Assembly (NCBI GenBank): GCA_017499595.2
Contig: CM039002.1
Coordinates: 992,001 to 1,056,000, forward strand
DNA length: 64,000 nucleotides
Reading direction: 5' to 3'
Origin: Psilocybe cubensis
Lineage: Eukaryota
Both the position numbers and the translations under genes were made by a program. The notes beneath the pieces were generated by a model. The model was not told the origin of the DNA. It made no database searches and saw only the letters and a program-made list of their open reading frames with translations. This document shows positions 22,158 through 33,595 of this stretch, piece by piece. The first letter of the stretch is position 1. Each line of letters starts with the position of its first letter.

Positions 22158-22638
22158 ATGAACGTCGGAGTGGAGTGGAATGGAGGAGGTTGCATGAATT
22201 GAGGAAGTATGATGGAATTGTCAAGGTAATAAATACTCAGGGAAGGCGGTGATCAAGCAAAAGCTAGCTGTTTCTGGAACGCATCTTCAAACGATATCCG
22301 AGACGCACTTTGTGTTTCCAGCGTCCATAAATGGTCGTGTTACTAAACATAATTTGTTCCTCAACAGATTTGAAATGCACATTGCGCCTTCATAACTCTT
22401 TCAAGCACTCTTAAATCGGCGACCCTCTGGATTTCTTTGGTAAACCTCTGGGACATCATATCACAGGGCCTAAGTAAAGCCTTTCACACGTCAAACTGGA
22501 CATATCTATTCGCCCTTCTGATTATTAAACTAACCCGGGCTCTCCAAGTACCCGACGTGATGTGGTCACTGAATCCGACACATTCATACTTATATGCGCT
22601 ATGGTTGACGCTCTTGTTCTCCTTCCATGACTTCAACC

Positions 22639-23879
22639 ATGTCTACCAGTCTTCCCGATTATGGCGCTTTAGGCTACAAGGAAATTATTGCTACCCTTGA
22701 TGGATCCGTCGTCACTGTCGTCATCAACCGAGCCAAGTAGTGAGTGTCTGTTCAAAAATATGCTGACGCCTTAACGCTTCTCTAACTTCGATATACAGCA
22801 GGAACACGTTTGGAGGAGTTCTTGACAAGGAACTTATCAACGTATTCCAACTTTGTGATCGAGATGATCGCGTTCGGGTCGTCATTTTGACAGCAGAACA
22901 CACAGCACCGGCGTACTGTTCTGGCGTGAGCTCTGTTTTCGTTGACATGTGCCCGAAATCGGCTCAGACTGTGAATATTTAGGCAGATCTAACTAATGGA
23001 TGGAATCTCCTTTGGCTGGAAGAGTCTGAAAAAGAAGGCGAACACGGTGGGTGCTACAAGGATTCCTCCACTTTTAAAGTCCTCAATGTACATGTCGCCA
23101 CAGCTCACCGTGACAGTGGAGGACAAGTTTCGTTGGCCATCATGAACTGCCGTAAAATCACGATAGCAGCAATAAATGGACATGCCGTTAGTACCATAGG
23201 TGACACCAAAGCTTCATCGTCATAGGCTCAAGCTCTTGCTCTTAGGCTGGCGTTGGGATGACGGCCTTACAGCTCCCTTTTGATTTCCGCTTTGTCTGGG
23301 CCGGAGCGAGGCTGACCTTCCCATTTGTCCGTCGTGGAATCGCACCAGAAGGTAAACTTAAAATCGACATTGTCCAATTCACGCATTGATTCTTGCAGCT
23401 ACGTCAAGTTATCTGCTCCCTCGACTTATAGGTCATTCGAAAGCCAGTTATCTCATGCTTTCTGGGGCTGTTGTGTCTCCGGATTCAAAGCACATAAGCG
23501 ACCTATATCACGAGATTATTCCTACTCGTGAAGCCGTGTATCCTACGGCCAAAGCATTTGCAGAAGAGCTTGCTGCTAATACTTCACAAGTGGCCGTAGC
23601 GTATACTAAAGGCCTTCTGCAACATCCAGGAGACTCTATCGAGGAAAACCATCTCCTTGACTCTAGGGCCATTAAACTCCTAGGAAGCTCTGCCGATGGT
23701 CATGAAGGTGTACAATCCTTCAAGGAAAGGCGCCTGCCCAAGTTCACAGGAACTTTATCCAAAGATTCCTCACCATGGTTCCCTTGGGTAAGTATTTTGC
23801 TTTACAGATACCTACAGATAATTAACCACGACATTAGTGGAAACGAGTTGACGTTTCACACTACAAAACTAAATTATAA
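22639..23879 (+). CDS. Enoyl-CoA hydratase/isomerase (crotonase superfamily), possibly peroxisomal
   Basis: Multi-exon: VVTVVINRAK...DDRVRVVILTA...AYCSG|ADL...KITIAAINGHA|AGVGMT...FVRRGIAPE...EGVQSFKERRLPKF...PW|WKRVDVSHYKTKL*. An in-frame ATG also exists at 22627. Confidence 0.9.
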
Positions 23880-24519
23880 ATGTGCGCTTGTCAGTATATG
23901 CTAATGTCACCTTTTGGCCCTGTCTCTGTTCCGGTGACTTCAAGTCAAAAAAATGAGAAAGTAAAAGTATCTGTATAATATAGCCAGCCACTTGCCTGGA
24001 TATCTTTCCTACTAAATTGTCCTAGGAGCGCACATGCAAGCTTGTCAAGTTGTCCTATTTGCTTGAAAATTCTCAAGGGTACAAGTGTATTCACATTCTT
24101 TTCTGTCGCTTTCTCCTGCAGGAAATGCACGGTTGACAGAGTATGACGCTTTTGCATTCTCTGTTGTTAAGAACTTTGTCACCTATAACCATGTTACCAT
24201 ACATCATACGGAATCGCTGTACACCTTTGATGATATTTTCGGCGGTGATGATTAAAAGAGGACAATCTGGGTCATAGTACTTGAGGTCAGTCACAAGCTG
24301 AGAATGTTTTAGGGTTACACACCTTTGCAGAAAACCTCCGACCCCGCAACGTCGATTTCAAAAGAAACGAATTGACTGTACGTACTGAAAGGTTGAATTA
24401 TAAACGTGACAGCCGTTTTGTTCAGCACCGCCCAGCATCACTGTTAGCTGTGGTTGCCAATTCCAAGTAGTCGAATCAAAATGAGTATGTGTATATGAGC
24501 ATCTTCCGGGATATTCGCC

Positions 24520-26176
24520 TCAAAATCCTTTTGAAGCTTCCACAAAATAATCCATAAACTCTCTGGTTTTAAGATACTCTTCCGGTGTTAGTCCACAAAA
24601 CCTTTGAACACTCGGCAATGCGCCGACTAGCGCATGTTTAAAATTCGTCATCTGTGATTGCATTAGATGCAATGGCGATACCAAGTTCAACTCCCGGAGA
24701 CGCCATGTTGGGAAATTAAGACGGCGCATTTCGTCTGCGAACTGCATCGCAAGGCGCAAAATTAAATCTCCTCTTGATAATATGGGTACAGGTCTCACTC
24801 ACGAGAGGCATGGTATTGGTGGGAGGGTCGGAAAATCCATCAGGGCCTATGTCATGGAACAATATCCCCAAAGTGACCAGGTTCGGTAAACAGGAGGCGA
24901 ACGCCTCAATGATCGACGCTTCAAGTATAATCATCTTGAGCTTCAGTTCTCTTAAGGGTGAATTTGATGTCAACCCATCCAATAGTAATCTTATATGGTC
25001 CATTTCCCAAGATCGCTCAATGATTGCCAAGGATTGCAGGGTTGTGCTGAATTGTAGAGCGAAAGGAATTAAGTCGATAGAATACTGAACTGGAAAGCGA
25101 TAGAAACGGACGTAAAGATCGCGAAGGGCTGGGAGTGTTATATGGAAACAATGCTGTGCGAAAAAGGAAGGGTGAAGGACAGGATCGAGGCCGAAAGCAG
25201 CATCTATCTCCAAGTGAAGGGCAGTCAAATGTACTCGGTGTTTCTGAAGAAATTGTTCAAGACCACTAATACCGGTTTGATCATAGTTCATAAAGATCGA
25301 CTTAAGTTTGAAGATCTGTAGAGTGTGAATATGGTCTATCTGTTGCAACACTGGAGTAAGATCCATTTGTTCCGCAATGTCAAACGATAATGAGCGGAGG
25401 GTGGAGCTATGGGCATTGACAAAAGGTAATATCTTCTCCAGGAAGACCGTAGATGCATCCGTTGTGATCGATTCACGAATGATTTGAAGTGATAGGTTCT
25501 GAAGATTTGTCAATATTGCTCCATTTGCTGGTAAGACGTTCTCAATATATTCCAGAGGGATCCGAAGATCCAGTGACTTCAGGTTTGAGCCAAAGGTGGC
25601 CCATCCAACCGAGAAGTACGTCGACGATGGAGGTTTAAAATGGCGAAGTTCCCCTTTATCAAGCACGATACGAAGACTTGTCAAGTTGATCATCTGCTTG
25701 AAAATTCTCAGCACATTCTTGTGGACAGCATCGACAGGCAAGGTGTATGAATTCATCAGTTGACTGGGAAAAGCTCTCCTTCTTTGTGGGGCAATATCCA
25801 GGCGTTCGAAATCGTTTAGTAGTGTAGTGACTGTATTGGAATTTGAGGGTCCCTTGAGAATTGATTTGTCGTCTAGCAGCTTGCACAAACTACCCGGTTT
25901 AAAGGTAAAATCTCGCACCCGGGACGTCAACTTTGGGTCACTGTACCAATATCAGAACCAACGCACCATGTAAAGTCAGGATCTAATCACGTACATAAGT
26001 GTATTCAAATTCCTTTCCGTTGAAATGCTACCCGGAGGGCCAATATATGCTACCCTATATCGTTCATCCAATGATATGTTCAAAAAGGCACGGTTTACGG
26101 AGTACAGTCTCTTCAAATCCTCTGTGGGCAAGAATTCCGCGATGCAGCGCCACACATCGTAGGGGATTTCTTGCAT
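24520..26176 (-). CDS. F-box-like/LRR-like protein (agaric-expanded type), paralogue of 43843..45571
   Basis: MQEIPYDVWRCIAEFLPTEDLKRLYSVNRAFLNISLDERY F-box-like start; LxxLxL repeats (NLTSLRI, NLKSLDLRIPLE, TLRSLSF); 3 exons. Confidence 0.78.
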
Positions 26177-26594
26177 AAGTTTGAAGATACCGGTGGGGAG
26201 CAGCGGAGTGTTTGTTGGCTGAGCTAATACAAATGACGAATGAAAAGTGGACATGTTTTTAGTATCTGTCAGTGTAGTATGCGTGATTAAGGAGAGTAAC
26301 CAACAAGTAAAAGATTCGACAAACAGCACAACATGTTCACGTGCCAACGACGTGTTTTGTAAACACAACTTCAGTGACTAAGTCTTATTCCGTTTCAAGA
26401 CCCATGGTTTCGCTCAACCGTAACACGCCCGGCCTTTAAGAACCATAATATTTAGGTTTCTAATTTCTTGTTTGACAAGTCGGAAGCTTTAACAAGCCTC
26501 AAATACGCATAGAAGGTCGGAAAAGGTATGTATTAAAGCAGCAGCAACAAGCTGTGACAAACATACACACGCATTGTGGATTCCTAAAAGTATG

Positions 26595-29594
26595 CTAGAC
26601 GAAAGAACGAGAACGAGGATTGGCTGGCAATCCTCTGACAGGGGGAGGACCCCGACTCCTATGAGTGTCGGCAGACCTATCACTAGAGATCGACGGCTGA
26701 TTAGAGCCATATGAGACGACAGACAAAGTTTCCATGGGCGAAGAAGGAGGGGTCAATCTGGAGCCATTTAGGCTGGAAAGAACCTTTTCTGACTGCATAG
26801 ACGTATGTTTGATGCTGCGCGAGGCGGCATCGGGGGAAAGGAGACCGTTTTTCCTGGACGGTGTTGGCTCGACTTTGAAACTTTGCGCACTGGGTGAAGG
26901 GACACGAGACGAGAACCTCTTCAGAACGCGCGAAAACATCGACGATCTATTGTTGGATATGAGGTCTGACTCGAGAGGCGGCGACGACGAAAGTAATATG
27001 GGCGACGCATTCGTGTCGGAATAAACTGAGACACCCCGGGTGCCGGCCGGGTTAGTGGCATAAATGGGTACCGGGAGCTCGACGACATGTTTGCCATCGG
27101 GGGTAAGTCTTGTTAGCTGGGGTACAATTTCAGGCTTCTCAATGTCGCTTTTCGAGTCGTTAGTGAAATAGACGGGTGTAAAGTTGACGCCTTCCAAGGC
27201 TTCAGTGACTTGAACTACAATGTGCTACATTAACCAGTGCTTTAAATCAAGTCAAAGGGGAAAGCATACGATAATGAGCAAGACCTTCTCCAAAGTGTAA
27301 CCGGCATATTATCCCCAAAACCGTTGTCCCAACCAAAAGGACGAACGCCGTGATTGTGATGGTGGCAAAGAAGGGCCACGTCGAAAAGATATAGCGATAA
27401 ACTTTGAGCAATTAGTTAGGCCTGAGAAGTCGGGTAAAACGGTAAGAACATACTATTGCTCGAGAACATGGTAATAGAAAGCGAAAATGCAGTTGTAGAG
27501 ATGAAGCAAAATATAAAAAATCTGATGCGGCATTCACGTCGAACACACACCCATCCCTATGGAATAGATCAGTAGCATACATTACTCTACAAGACGATGG
27601 GACACACGATGATAAGCCAAGGAATTTGAAGCTAAAAGTGAGACGGAAAAATATAAATTACATATGCCGAAAAGTTTGGATCATAACTCACCACCAAAGT
27701 CACGATGAAACCAGCCAGATATAATTTTGCGTGCTTCGCCAACACTGCAAGAGCACCGTGACTGACTTTGTTGATCCACATGCCTGCTGAAGCGACCGAG
27801 ATAAATGACGATAATTGAAGACAGACGGAAAACATCAGAACAAGCTGTATTTGAACCTCTTTTATCAGTATAAATATTGAATAGATGTTTATTGAAGAAA
27901 ATCACCTTATAAATTCTGTTGACCTTTGGTGATGCGCCGGCACGGTTGAAAGTTTGATGTGCATACACCTAGATTTCATTAGTGATAAGTTTAGGCATGA
28001 TAAAAAAGTTAACATACTTTAAACAACTTATAAGATAGATATGCTACCACCAGTAAGGCAAGTGATTGAAAAACCACGAGTGGAAGCTGCGTGAATTTTT
28101 AGAGCAGTAGGAGGAATTTGAGAGAATCAAAAATCAACTTACAATGAACTTGATACTATCTTCCCACCAATTTCCCATGAAGTCTCGTCCGTCACACGCA
28201 TTTGGGATTATTTCATTGCGATATTGATCCATAAGACTCTTTGTGAAGTGTACCCTGTAGGCCGCCCAGGCGGTGCCCAGCAGGTGGCCCAACAGTCCTG
28301 CTCCAAGGTGAGGGATCGATTCGTTCAAAATCTGTATGAATTTTAGATAAATGAGGTAGGATACGAAACTGTATGGATAAACTCACGGTAACGAACGACA
28401 GAAGTAAAAGCCAAAATTGGAAAACAAAAAGGACGATATCTTCGCGTCGTGCGTCGTGCAAACTACGAGAAATCAGTCAAAAGATTCTCTTATTGTATAT
28501 GACTGGACGTACATGTCATTCAGCCACATGACAGAAACAAGGCATTCATCACGGACTTCAAAGAAGTCATCCGTGGCGCGCTGCTTAGTTGCCTGGGGGA
28601 TCGCTGCAGAAGTCGTAGTTGAAGCTGTTGTAAATGATATATCTATCGAAGATGATGATGTCGGGGTTCCAGTTATGACAGGGCCAGGAACAGAACTGGT
28701 GCTTGACTGGGATAGACGACTAGATGTCGTTTGGGCGATGCTTGAGCTGGATGCGAATATTGTAGTTGAGGCTACGGTTGGGGAAATTGATGTTATTGGA
28801 ACTCCACTTGAAATCTCAGAAGTTATAGAAAGAGAAGGAAGGGGAATCTTGGTCACGATTGTCTGAAAAATATCAGAAATGGTTAAAGTTTCAAAGCCTG
28901 TTAAAGGAAAGTTGGTTGACGACGGGACAGGCGCTCCAATGGGTGGGAGAGAGATGTCGATTTTGTCCAGTTGATCACCGACAGGAATGTCGTCGTCGTC
29001 ATCATCATCCTCATCCTTATCCCCGTCATCCTCATCGTCGTCTTCGTCGTCCGAATCCTCAACATCAGACTCATACACATCATCATCATCATCGTCATCC
29101 TCGACCTCTTCATCTCTACCGGTCTAGGGAAATGATTAGCATACTGTCTTGCGAAACAGAGGAGATCGTGTTAATTACCAAACTTGCTGTCCTCAGGCTG
29201 TTTTGCAATTTGAGAGCATTAACACAGACGGTACCGGATTGGTCTGGAAGGCCGGAGCACAGTTCGATGGCATTGCCTTTGAGAATGGCTAGTCCATCTA
29301 AACGTGGGGATCCTTCGATTACGGAAGAAAGGGCAGAACAAGCCTCAGAATCATGAGCCAGGCTAACGGCTTGCAATGATGTTAAGATAAAGCAACCAAG
29401 GACTGCGCTGAAAAAATACAATGTTGTGAATCGGTTCAAAGTAATTTTGTCATACTGGACAGCATAAAAGAGATTTAATGTTAAACATTAAACAATGTGG
29501 AATCTTTACTCACCAGAAGCTTGACTTTAGTGATAAAGAGGGTATGCTTCAAGCATTGCCGCACTCCACCGTTCAAAAACACCTGCTTGGACAT
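26595..29594 (-). CDS. Multi-pass membrane protein, UPF0658-like, with a large acidic and S/T-rich loop
   Basis: Spliced from MSKQVFLNGGVRQCLKHTLFITKVKLL|YDKITLNRFTTLYFF..., poly-D/E tract, S/T-rich stalk, then TM exons including ILNESIPHL, VYAHQTFNRAGAS, GWVCVRRE and LGIICRLHFGEGLAHY; S/P-rich tail. The family assignment is from recalled motifs only. Confidence 0.65.
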
Positions 29595-30541
29595 AATTTA
29601 CAGTGAAAGGGCCAGCCGATAGTATACAAAAAAGAAGCAGACAAGTCTGAAAAATGGATGAAAAGGGAAGGAATGTAAAAAAGATCAATCCTATCCAGTA
29701 GACATAGAAAAGTCAACGAAGGTGGAGGGGAGGGGGTGGGGGGAATGTGAAAGAACAGAAGAAGCGTGGCAGTAACCAACTTCAACTAGCCGAAAATCTC
29801 TCCCATGGCAGTGTGCCTCTTGAATCTTCCGTTCCTGAAGGTCAGAGGGCCAGCGGACGGATAGACAAAAAGGTTAGAACAACAGGCTACAACAGGGCAC
29901 GATATTCCGTTTTCATCATGGTTACTATCAATTTTTATTGAAAAAAGGGAGGAAACGGAAGCAGGAAACATGCCAACGGATACCGAGGGCCCGCACGAAT
30001 CCAAATCCAATACACCTCACATAACTGCGCAGCCTGCTTCGTCGTACAATCACTGAATGGACACCCAGTGATTATTCAGAGATTAGGTTAGTTCAGGTTA
30101 TTGTTTAGAATCTCGTGGAGCATTGCAAGGTGGTCTCTGTCGGGTCGGGTGTATCGATGGAGCGGGAATGCATGTTTGGTCGCCACACAACTGCCAGGCG
30201 CCAAGAAAATTCACAGGGCAAACATTTCATGATTTCATTATGATCACGTGATCGACACGGTGAGGCATTCGCGCAATGACAGAAGCCCCTATGTGCACAT
30301 GGTATAAACTCTTCATACATTGAAATGCCACATATTAATGCTATTCTAACACAAAAATAGATCATCAGTTTCCATTTTTTACACTGCAGAGAAGTGGAAT
30401 TTTATATATTAATTCGTAGAGTAGTACACACTACCCAAATGTCACTAGGCTAGTATTTCAACATATCCTAAAACATAAAAAAGCAACCTATATTTAGTTT
30501 TCAAGATGTACATAACATCTTCCTAAGACATTCTAAGCTGT

Positions 30542-31775
30542 TTAAAGAGTTTCCAACCAAGCTTCGACTGCCTTGTTCACTTCTTCAAATTTCTCGACGT
30601 GAACCCAATGCCCAGCGTCGAACTTGACGGTCCTTACACTATTACCGAATCTTTCTAGATTCCCTATTGACATGTCAGGGATAGACACAGGGTCCCTCGT
30701 TGCTGCTGCCAGAAAGGACGGCGATTTTAGTTTATAGTTTTCAACGAAAATTTCTAGAGGGCGCGGCGGGAGATTATTATTATTGAACTGGATCGACAGG
30801 AGACAGACGCTAAATACTTACTTTTGTTATCCTCCAAATCTATATTTGCCATCTGGCCTTTGTACCAGTTTAAAGAGGAACGTATACCGGAATTCACTGT
30901 ATCTTGGTTTATTTTTTCGAATTCCTTAAGAAAGTAAAGAAGTCAAAATACTATGTTGTCCAAAGCATTTAAGAAATACTCACGGCGTCTGCAAGCCACA
31001 ATGGCCTTCCGGGTTGCTTGTTGCTTATTATCCATTCCTCCGTTTTTCCTCTATTGACAATCCAATCCAACCAATAACCCGGGCTTTCTTTTGGATATAA
31101 GAGTTGGTTGAAGCTTTCGATCTAGGAGAATAAGTGATTAAGTATCTGAATTATAATAATCAGAAAGGTTCAAACTTCATTGAGTTACATTTTTTTCGAT
31201 AAGTTCGGGTGCTTTCTCAGATATCAAAAATTCCCAATATGCCAATGCCTCGTAGCCTACGAGTGCTTTGGCAAATTTCATTGCAGCTTCCAGATCAAAT
31301 GGTTCGGTGTAAGGCGGTACAAAACCAAGCGCCATCCAGACAAAGGAAATGAATCGCTCCGAGTAAAGTATTGCCAGACGAGTGAGAAGAACTGAACCCC
31401 TGGTACACAATTATCAGCCCGCTACATGAAATAAAAATGGCAACGCCGATCAACATACCAGTCATGGCCAAATCCAATGACTTTATCCACCTTCACGGTA
31501 TTCAAAATTTGGATTATATCTCCTGCAACTTCGTTCATGCGGAATGCATTCACGTCGACTGGCGCGGATGTTTCTCCTGATCCAAGAATATCGGGCGCGA
31601 TGATGCCGTATCCTTTGGGTTGGAAGTGAGCGACTTGTCTCCTCCAGTCATACGACGTGGCGGGAAAGCCATGGAGAAAGAGTAATGTAGGCTTTCCATC
31701 AACTGCAGGAGAGTAATAGTAGTGATATTTGAATCCTCTAGGTACTGTGACGTCTTTGTACAAGGCAGGATGCAT
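30542..31775 (-). CDS. Epoxide hydrolase-like alpha/beta hydrolase, tandem copy A
   Basis: LFLHGFP oxyanion motif, GHDW|G nucleophile elbow split by an intron, LNWYK lid Tyr, RDPV and AGHW catalytic His; 5 exons. Confidence 0.92.
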
Positions 31776-32070
31776 CGTTGCAATCAGAGAGATCACTGTT
31801 GAAAAGCCTGCCTTTATAAGGCCAATCTTATATAGTGCTCTCGTACGGTGAAATCCGTCGTGATCGGCGCGCGCGCCGTGTGGAACATATGGTTGTGGAT
31901 AAGTTCTACCGTTAAGTCATACTTTCGGAACCTACGTTCAGTCACGTTAAAGCGGCTCTTTGGGCGTTAATAACCGCTTATGAAGCCCCTTAGGAATTGA
32001 TTATCTTCCGAGTCATAATTCTTGATGATGTATAGAATTCATTTACAAAGCGTCCAACCATTTCACAAGG

Positions 32071-33297
32071 TCAAGCTTTAGGGAGATCTGCCAACCACTC
32101 TTCAACTGCCTTATTCACTTCTTCAGACCTTTCAACGTGAACCCAGTGTCCAGCATCAAATTCAACAGTTTTCACCTGATCACAATGTTGTCCAAGGATG
32201 GCTATTGACATCGAGGGAACTGAAACAGGATCTCTCATTGAAGCCGCCAAAAATGATGGCGACTTGAGTTTGTAGTTTTCGACAGGGATTTCTAAAACAC
32301 GAGGCAGATTCATTAGCCCAACTCACTACAAAGAAAGGTAATAAACACCCACTCTTGTTATCCTCTAAGTCGATGTTTCCTACTTGAGCTTTGTACCAGT
32401 TAAGAGACGAGCGGATACCAGATTTCAACACGTCACTGTTTAACCTGTCGAATTCCTATACCAATTGACAAATAAATTCTGATACAGTGATGTTGTATGC
32501 ACCAAGTTACTTACTTCGTCACTGAGCCAGGATGGCCGGCCTGGTTGCTTGTTATTCACCATCCATTCTTCCGTTTTACCTCTGACGGTGATCCATTCGA
32601 GCCAGCAGGCAGGACTTTCCTTTGGATACAATAGTTGACTGAAGCTTTCAATCTGTGAATCCCTTGATTGTGAGACATTGTACTAGTCATATAAAGTGTC
32701 ACTTACATTTTTCTCGATAAGTTCAGGGGCCTTTTCTGATATAAAGAATTGCCAATAAGCATAAGCCTCGTAGCCAACAAGTGATTTTGCGAACTGCATT
32801 CCAGCTTCCAAGTCAAATGCCTGGGTGGAAGGCGGCAAGAAAGAGAGGCCCATCCAGACGAAGCCAATGAAACGATCTGAATGAAGTAATGACAAACGAG
32901 AAAGCAGGATAGAACCCCTGAAGTACGCTGTTAGTAACTGCTGAAAACTGCACACATTAAATTTTCTCTGGGTTACTTACCAATCGTGCCCAAAACCAAC
33001 GACTTTGTCCAAATTTTCAGTGTCCAAGATATGAATGATATCGCCCGCAGCTTCGTTCATAAGGAACGCGTTCACATCGAGTGGCGTCGATGATCCCCCC
33101 GATCCTAGACTATCAGGCGCGAGAATCCCATAACCCTTTGGCTGGAAATACGCGATTTGCCTCCTCCAATCGTAAGATGTGGCAGGAAATCCATGAAGTA
33201 AAAGCAACGTTGGCTTTCCCTCAGCAGCAGGAGAATAATAGTAGTGATACTTGAAACCTCTGGGGACGACAACGTCTTTGTATAAGGCAGGATCCAT
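32071..33297 (-). CDS. Epoxide hydrolase-like alpha/beta hydrolase, tandem copy B
   Basis: Same motifs (HGFP, GHDW|G, LNWYK, RDPV, AGHW) and the same intron positions as copy A. Confidence 0.92.
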
Positions 33298-33480
33298 AGA
33301 GTCGCTTTACTTGAAGATCAGTAAGTAAATTTTGCAGATCTTCGAGCGTCTTTATGCTTTACTTTGTTTTACCGTGAAACCCGAACTTTTGAATACTTTT
33401 CGAACATGACAATATGACAATTGGGAGAGGCGTATCATTTGACTCATGACTTTCGACAGGGTCATGACGACCACGTGATG

Positions 33481-33510
33481 ATTTGCGCGACGCGATCATG
33501 AACTAAACAA
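33481..33510 (+). promoter_or_regulatory. MCB/SCB-like and forkhead-like motifs in the BUB1 promoter (divergent with hydrolase copy B)
   Basis: TTTGCGCGACGCGA followed by CTAAACAA about 90-115 nt upstream of the BUB1 ATG. Confidence 0.35.
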
Positions 33511-33595
33511 GGACACATTGAGCGTTTTGAACTTGAACGTTGAATTTCGGCCTCGAGTTAATCGGCAGGCGCTGTCGGATAGCTGAAGAGCCCAG

